Assembly (NCBI GenBank): GCA_045132235.1
Contig: JBGURX010000038.1
Location: 5,708-69,707, forward strand
From: Bacteroidales bacterium
GTDB taxonomy: Bacteria > Bacteroidota > Bacteroidia > Bacteroidales > WCHB1-69
Direction: 5' to 3'
DNA: 64,000 bases
Position numbers and translations under genes: made by a program
The notes under the pieces: model-generated
Database searches by the model: none
What the model was told of the DNA's origin: nothing
Seen by the model: the letters and a program-made list of their open reading frames with translations, nothing else
In this document: piece by piece, positions 51,001 through 57,000 of the stretch
Position numbering within the stretch: position 1 is the stretch's first letter
Layout of the letters: each line of letters starts with the position of its first letter

Positions 51001-54000
51001 GCTGGTGTAGTAGCCGCTACCGCCGCCGCCGGCACCTGCATTGGGGGCACCTGATGCACCGCCGCCGCCGCCGAACCAACCGGCACCGCCGCCGCCGCCG
51101 CCAGCGTAGCCGCTGCCGCCATTGCCGCCATAACCAGAGCCGCCTGCAGTAGCACCCGTAGCACCTGTACCACCCATTTCGGTGGTGGCACCTGTACCGT
51201 TGACACCCGTCACATTGGTGTTACCGTCGCCGCATGCGTTACCGCCACCATATCCACCATTGCCGCCAGCGGAAGCACCGCCACCGCCACCGGCCACAAG
51301 GATACGATGCTGCACGGTATTGCCGCCCAAGCGCACATCGGTGGCACCGCCACCGCCAGCACCCGGACAATAGCCGGCATTACCCGTGCTGGCAGAGCCG
51401 CCATTACCGCCGCCGTTGAAACCGCCTTCAATGGCTCTACCCGTCTCACCATTAACACCGTCGTTGCCTTGTCCACCGACATTCACATACAGTCTTTCGC
51501 CCTCTTCAACGTGCAGCGTACCGACAGCATAACCGCCGTTGCCACCATGGCGGGTGACCGACGAGCTGGCCACTGCATTACCACCCTGGGCACCCCAGAG
51601 TTTCAGCGTCACTTCGTTCACATCGTGAGGAACGACGAATTCGAAGGTTTCGCCTGAGTAGTTAATCACAGAATCCACCAGATCGATACCTTCTGTGGTG
51701 CGGAGGCCGAAGGCGCGCACATAGTAGGTGGTGGTAGCACCGATGGCCGGGAGTTCCCATGTGGTACCCTGATGCAGCAGCTGTGTACACTGCGCATCGG
51801 CGTACCAGTTGTAGAACAGGCCTTCAACGGGATTGACCACCTCAAGGGTAGCCGTCTCACCGCAGGAGATTGTAGCTCCATTCACCTGCACCGGCTGGGC
51901 CGGAGCCACGGTAAGGTTCACCGTACCATTCTGGGAATAGCAGCCCTTGCCCAAACCTCTGTAAGAGATGGTCACATCATCCAAATTCACGCGCAAGGTA
52001 CTGCTTGATGAATATTGATGACGGAAAGCGATGTAAACCGTACGACCTGCGTAGGATGACAGGTCATACACATGCTGCTGATAGCCAGCGGACTGGACAA
52101 TAGTTTCAGAATTGATCATATTGACGAAGTCGTTGACCGAAGTACCCGTAGTAGATACATACACCTTAAATTGCGTAGAACTGGTACTGCCGGTACTCAT
52201 ATTCTGTCCCATGGTCCACCAAGAGAGGGAGACCTCCTGCGAGCCTTCCGGAATATAGACAGCCGGCGTCACCAGCCAGTTATCCGGTGACAGATAAGGA
52301 CTAAGCAAGGTCGGCACATACAACAATGACGATACAAAGTTGCTACCTGTATGAGCAGCATCAGCGGCGTTGGTCAGTGACCATCTATAGCCATCACCAT
52401 CATTGTCGATACGAGTCCAATTGGCAGGAATAACGCCTCCTTCGAAGCTCTCGTTCAGCAGGTAATCTGCCGGCTGGAGGAGGTTGCTGTAGCTGCGCAG
52501 GTAATAGGGATAGGTGCCTTCACCTTGTGTTACAGTGAGGGCCGTACCCTGAGCGAGCGTATTTTCAAAATTGGCATCATCGCTCCACTCATAGAGGAAG
52601 GCCTCATCCGGATTGCTCACCTCCAAGGTGACCGGCTGGCCGCAAGCGGCTTGCATATCCTCGCCCGACGGTATGGGGTGGCTGTTCACCTCCACCGTAT
52701 GTGACACCGGGCTGGAGGGGCAGGCTGACTGCAAGCCCGCTGCCACATGCCACAGGGTGGTGGTTTCGGTCAAGTAAGGCAGTGTAACCGTGGAACCCGT
52801 AGCATAAAGCTCGGTACAGCCGGCATCCAAGAACCATGAGTGCTGCACTTCCACATCTTCCACAGCGGTTAATTCAGCGGAAGCACCGCAATAGAGCGGA
52901 GTAGAGTAGTCCGTTATCAGATTTTCGTAGGGGTAAGTCCACGGAGCCAAAATGGTGATGGTGTAACTACCTTCGGATTCCACCTCACGGCTTTGATCAC
53001 ATCTATCCAAAATCGAACGGGTGTATGTGTAGCTACTGCCTACGGAAAGGGTCTGAAGTTCTTCTACGCTAATGGTATAGTATGCATTATGTGCATTTTC
53101 ATTGTCGATGAGTACACCATCGCGGTACCAATTGTAGCTTTCCGCTCTTCCGTTGTCGAGGGAGGCGATGGTGAAAGCTGCCGACTGACACACCTCGCTG
53201 CTACCCTCTGCAATTGCACCACCAACAGAAGTCGATGCAGGAGCCAGAGTAAGCTTAAGATTCAAACGATAATTCTGGACATACTTCGTACCGCTATATG
53301 AACCCATATTGTAAGGATTGGGATCATAGCTATCGCTATGGCCAGATATCAATGCACTCGTAGCCTCTGTATAATAGAAGTAGAGAGTACTATAACCCGA
53401 AGTGTATTCATGCATACCTATCATCAAGTTACTATTGCCATCATAATCAAATGGTTCGTCAAGCGTAATGGTTGTCCAACCCTGACTAAAGGTTACGGTA
53501 CCACTAAACACCCTGTCAGCCGCTGTTACAGGCTCCCAGTCTGTATTGTCGGCGAAACTGCTTCTGGACACATTCTTCATGAAAACATCCACGCTATTGG
53601 TTTGTGTGCTACTGCTTGACATGTTAAAACTAATTGAAGTAATTTGACCAGAACCGCCAATTTCAGCAGCAGTATAAATCTGCTCCACATAAGAGTAACC
53701 CCACAATGAATTGAACGGGCCATAATAGGTTGTTCCCGTGCCATTTCCAATCGTAATTTCATCAGGAGTAGCTAACGCGCTCTCTGGTCTGAAGCTAACC
53801 ACATTGCTCCAGTTGGTGCTTTGTCCGAGGTCGGAGCCGCAATCGGCTTTCACTCGGGCATAATAGTTTGTACCAGGTATCAAGCAGTTAATGGTGAACG
53901 GATTTTCGGTCACCACCTGCTGCTGTGTGGTAGTGCTAGTGAAACTAGCGCTGGTGCTGTATTCCAAAATCCAGCTGGTGGCGTCACCTGCCTGATCCCA

Positions 54001-57000
54001 TCCAAGAGTGGCGCTCCACGCCGTCAAGTCATTCACATGGAGGTTGGTGGGGGTGGGACACATTTCCAAAGTGGTGAAATAGATAGGATCGCTCCAATCG
54101 CTCTCCACACCATTACAAACACTCTGCACCTGGGCACCATATAAGGTTTCAGGAGACAGACCCGTAAGGGTATAGGGATTCGAAACACCGCTCAACGCAT
54201 CGAATGTGCCTAAGTTAATGCCGTTCGTCGTCTCGGTTAAATTAACGCCATCACCATCTGACATACTTTGTAAAAACATCTCAAAAGTATAGGTATGACC
54301 TGCTTGGAACACAAAGTCATTAGCTCGTGCATCTCTGTTACCATTTGCCCCCGCTATGTAAATCTTATCATTAGGAGAGGGGTTGGTGATACACCAGTCG
54401 TAAGTACCGGCAGGGAGCAAAATTGTCACGCTATTGTCTCTCACCACATTTTCAGTACTACAATCGCCGTCTGCATTGGCAGGGATCTTGATTGGGAAGT
54501 TCGCATAAATACCCTCGTTACCTGAGCAGGCAGCTGACAAATAGCCAGAGGTCGGGATAACGGAACCATAGAGACTATGGGTGGGGTCAAGCAACAGTTG
54601 GTATCCAGTACCGTCGCTCCACACATCACCCGCCACCAATGTTACGATGGCGAAATCGCCTTCCACACTGCGGATATTGAAGCTTTCACCATTGCCGCTC
54701 CACAGGAGTTCCGTACTGTTGTAAGTGGTGTTGTCGGCACTGAGGTTGGTGGGCGCCGTAATGGCGAAGTTGGCCACCAGATGACGGTCGCCCGTAGCTC
54801 TGAACATATAAGTGGCATCGGTAGAGACCACCGTTCCATTTTCCGTCCAGTTGACGAAGCCCAGACAGCCTTCACCAGAAGTTGCAGTAAGGATGACAAT
54901 ATCCTGACATGCGGCATAGACACCCGTACCGCTCACGGTGCCCGTACCGCTCGGACTGACCTCTGCTGAAACAGTGGCCGTACCGGCGCTCGTCTGGTCG
55001 CAGAGGCCAATATGCAGCTGATTCTTTACGTTCGTCACATAACCCGAATAGGAAGAGGGGCTTGACGGATTGAAGGCTGTACCATCCTGATAAATGTAGA
55101 TAGCCTGATTGCCATCAGCGGGATAGACATAGCAAGCCATTCCAGATGAATAAGAACCCGTCTTGTCATTCACCACCACCACGAGATTGTTGACGCCATC
55201 GTACTCAAACGCGCGGTCCAATTCGAAAGTAATCCATTCACCAGCGGTCATCGAAACGGTAGAAGTGCCGCTATATACCTTATCGGCATTGGTTACCGCA
55301 ATCCAGTCGCTGCCACTTGCAAAACTTTCCTTTGCAGTATGTTTCATGTAGATGTCGTATTGACGAGCGCGTGTTTCACCTCCGTTGTAGAAGGAGATGC
55401 TGCTGATGGTACCGCCGCCGCCGATTTCGCAGGGGGTATAGATCTGCTGCGTAAGGGAGTAATCATAGAAACTTTCCGAGGGAAGGAAAGCATTGGTGAC
55501 GGAGCCACCGCTGCCCAACACTTCCACGGTGGGACAGACGCGGGCCAATGTGGTGAAGGTCACCGGTGAAGACCAGCTTCCTGGCTCACCCTCGCAAACG
55601 CCCTGCACCCGCACCTGATAAGTGGTACGGAAGGCAAGGTTGTCGAGTGATGTGCTGGTGGTGCTGATATTCGTAGCGGCATCAATCCAGCTGTCGGCAG
55701 AGGCAAGCTTATACTGTACATTGTAGCTGTCGGCGTTGCCGCTCCAAGTAACATCGGCGCTGGCATCACCAATATTGGACACTGCCAAGCCGCTGACGGG
55801 GCAGGTTTCCAGTGTGGTAAAGGAAACGGGAGCGCTCCAACCACTATTGGTACCGTCGCACACACTTTGCACCTGTACCAAATATGTGGTGCCGGCATCA
55901 AGTCCAGAGAGGGTTGTGCTTTCCGAGTTGCTAGAAACCACAACAGGTGTACCCGGAATTTCCATCAAAATGTCATCAATATAGAACTTGTCCTCATAAT
56001 TATTCACACTACCATCCTTATCGTATGACCATTTGAAGGTATGAACACCCGCAGCAACAGAGTAGGTATGTTGTCTCCAGTCTATTTCACCTTCTTCTTG
56101 TAATTGTTGCTCTCCATCAATATAGAAGCGACCATGGTCGCAACAGCTTTCTGAAGACACACGGCTATAGAAGCTGATGGTACCTGCCACAGGGTATGTA
56201 GCCATCAACGAAATTTCCGATGAGGTGGAGACGAAACCTGAGCTACTGGCGAGACAGTAAGCACCACTATGCGGAGTAACGCTGGAGATACTCCACGGAT
56301 AAGTATTATTATTATCGAAGGCTGCATCTATGCTGCCATCATTGAAATCATACGCACCCACAATGGGGTAATAGCTTATGTTGTATGAATCGCCACTCCC
56401 ATTCCATGAAATATCTGCAGTATGGGCTGTTTCATTACCCACAACAAGAGATACTGGCGGAGAGCAGGACTCAAGAGTCGTAAACGTAACAGGACTGCTC
56501 CAAGTGCCACCATTGCCGTCGCAAATCCCCTGCACCTGCACCAGGTAAGTGGTTTCCGGGGTGAGGCCGGTGAGGGTGGTACTCGTTGAGCTGCTGCTCA
56601 CTATTGTGGGGGTACCAGGAATCAATAAGAGAACATCATCAATATAGTATCTATCCTCACCGTTGTCCACACTAACATCCTTGCTGAAAGACCATGTGAA
56701 GATATGAGTACCCGCAGCGACGGAATATGTATGCTGTCTCCAATCAATTTCTCCCTCCTCACTATATTGCTGGACTCCGTCAATATAGAAATAGCCATGG
56801 TCGCAACAGCTTTCTGAAGATACACGGCTGTAGAAACTGATGATGCCTGTCGAAGTGAATGTAGCCGTCAGCGAGATATCTGAAGTAGTGCTGGCGTAAC
56901 CACCGTTTCCACTACCAATACAATAGCTACCACTATGTGGAGAGGTAGATGAAATGCCCCACGAATAGGAGGAGGAATTGCTGAAACCGGAGATGCTTCC

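Noticed and set aside
49900-51500. Highly repetitive GCC/GGC-rich DNA that could be mistaken for a simple-sequence repeat, a CRISPR-like array or an assembly artefact.
   Set aside because: The region has no repeat-spacer periodicity. It is in frame within the giant ORF and encodes ordered motifs of two glycine-rich domains.
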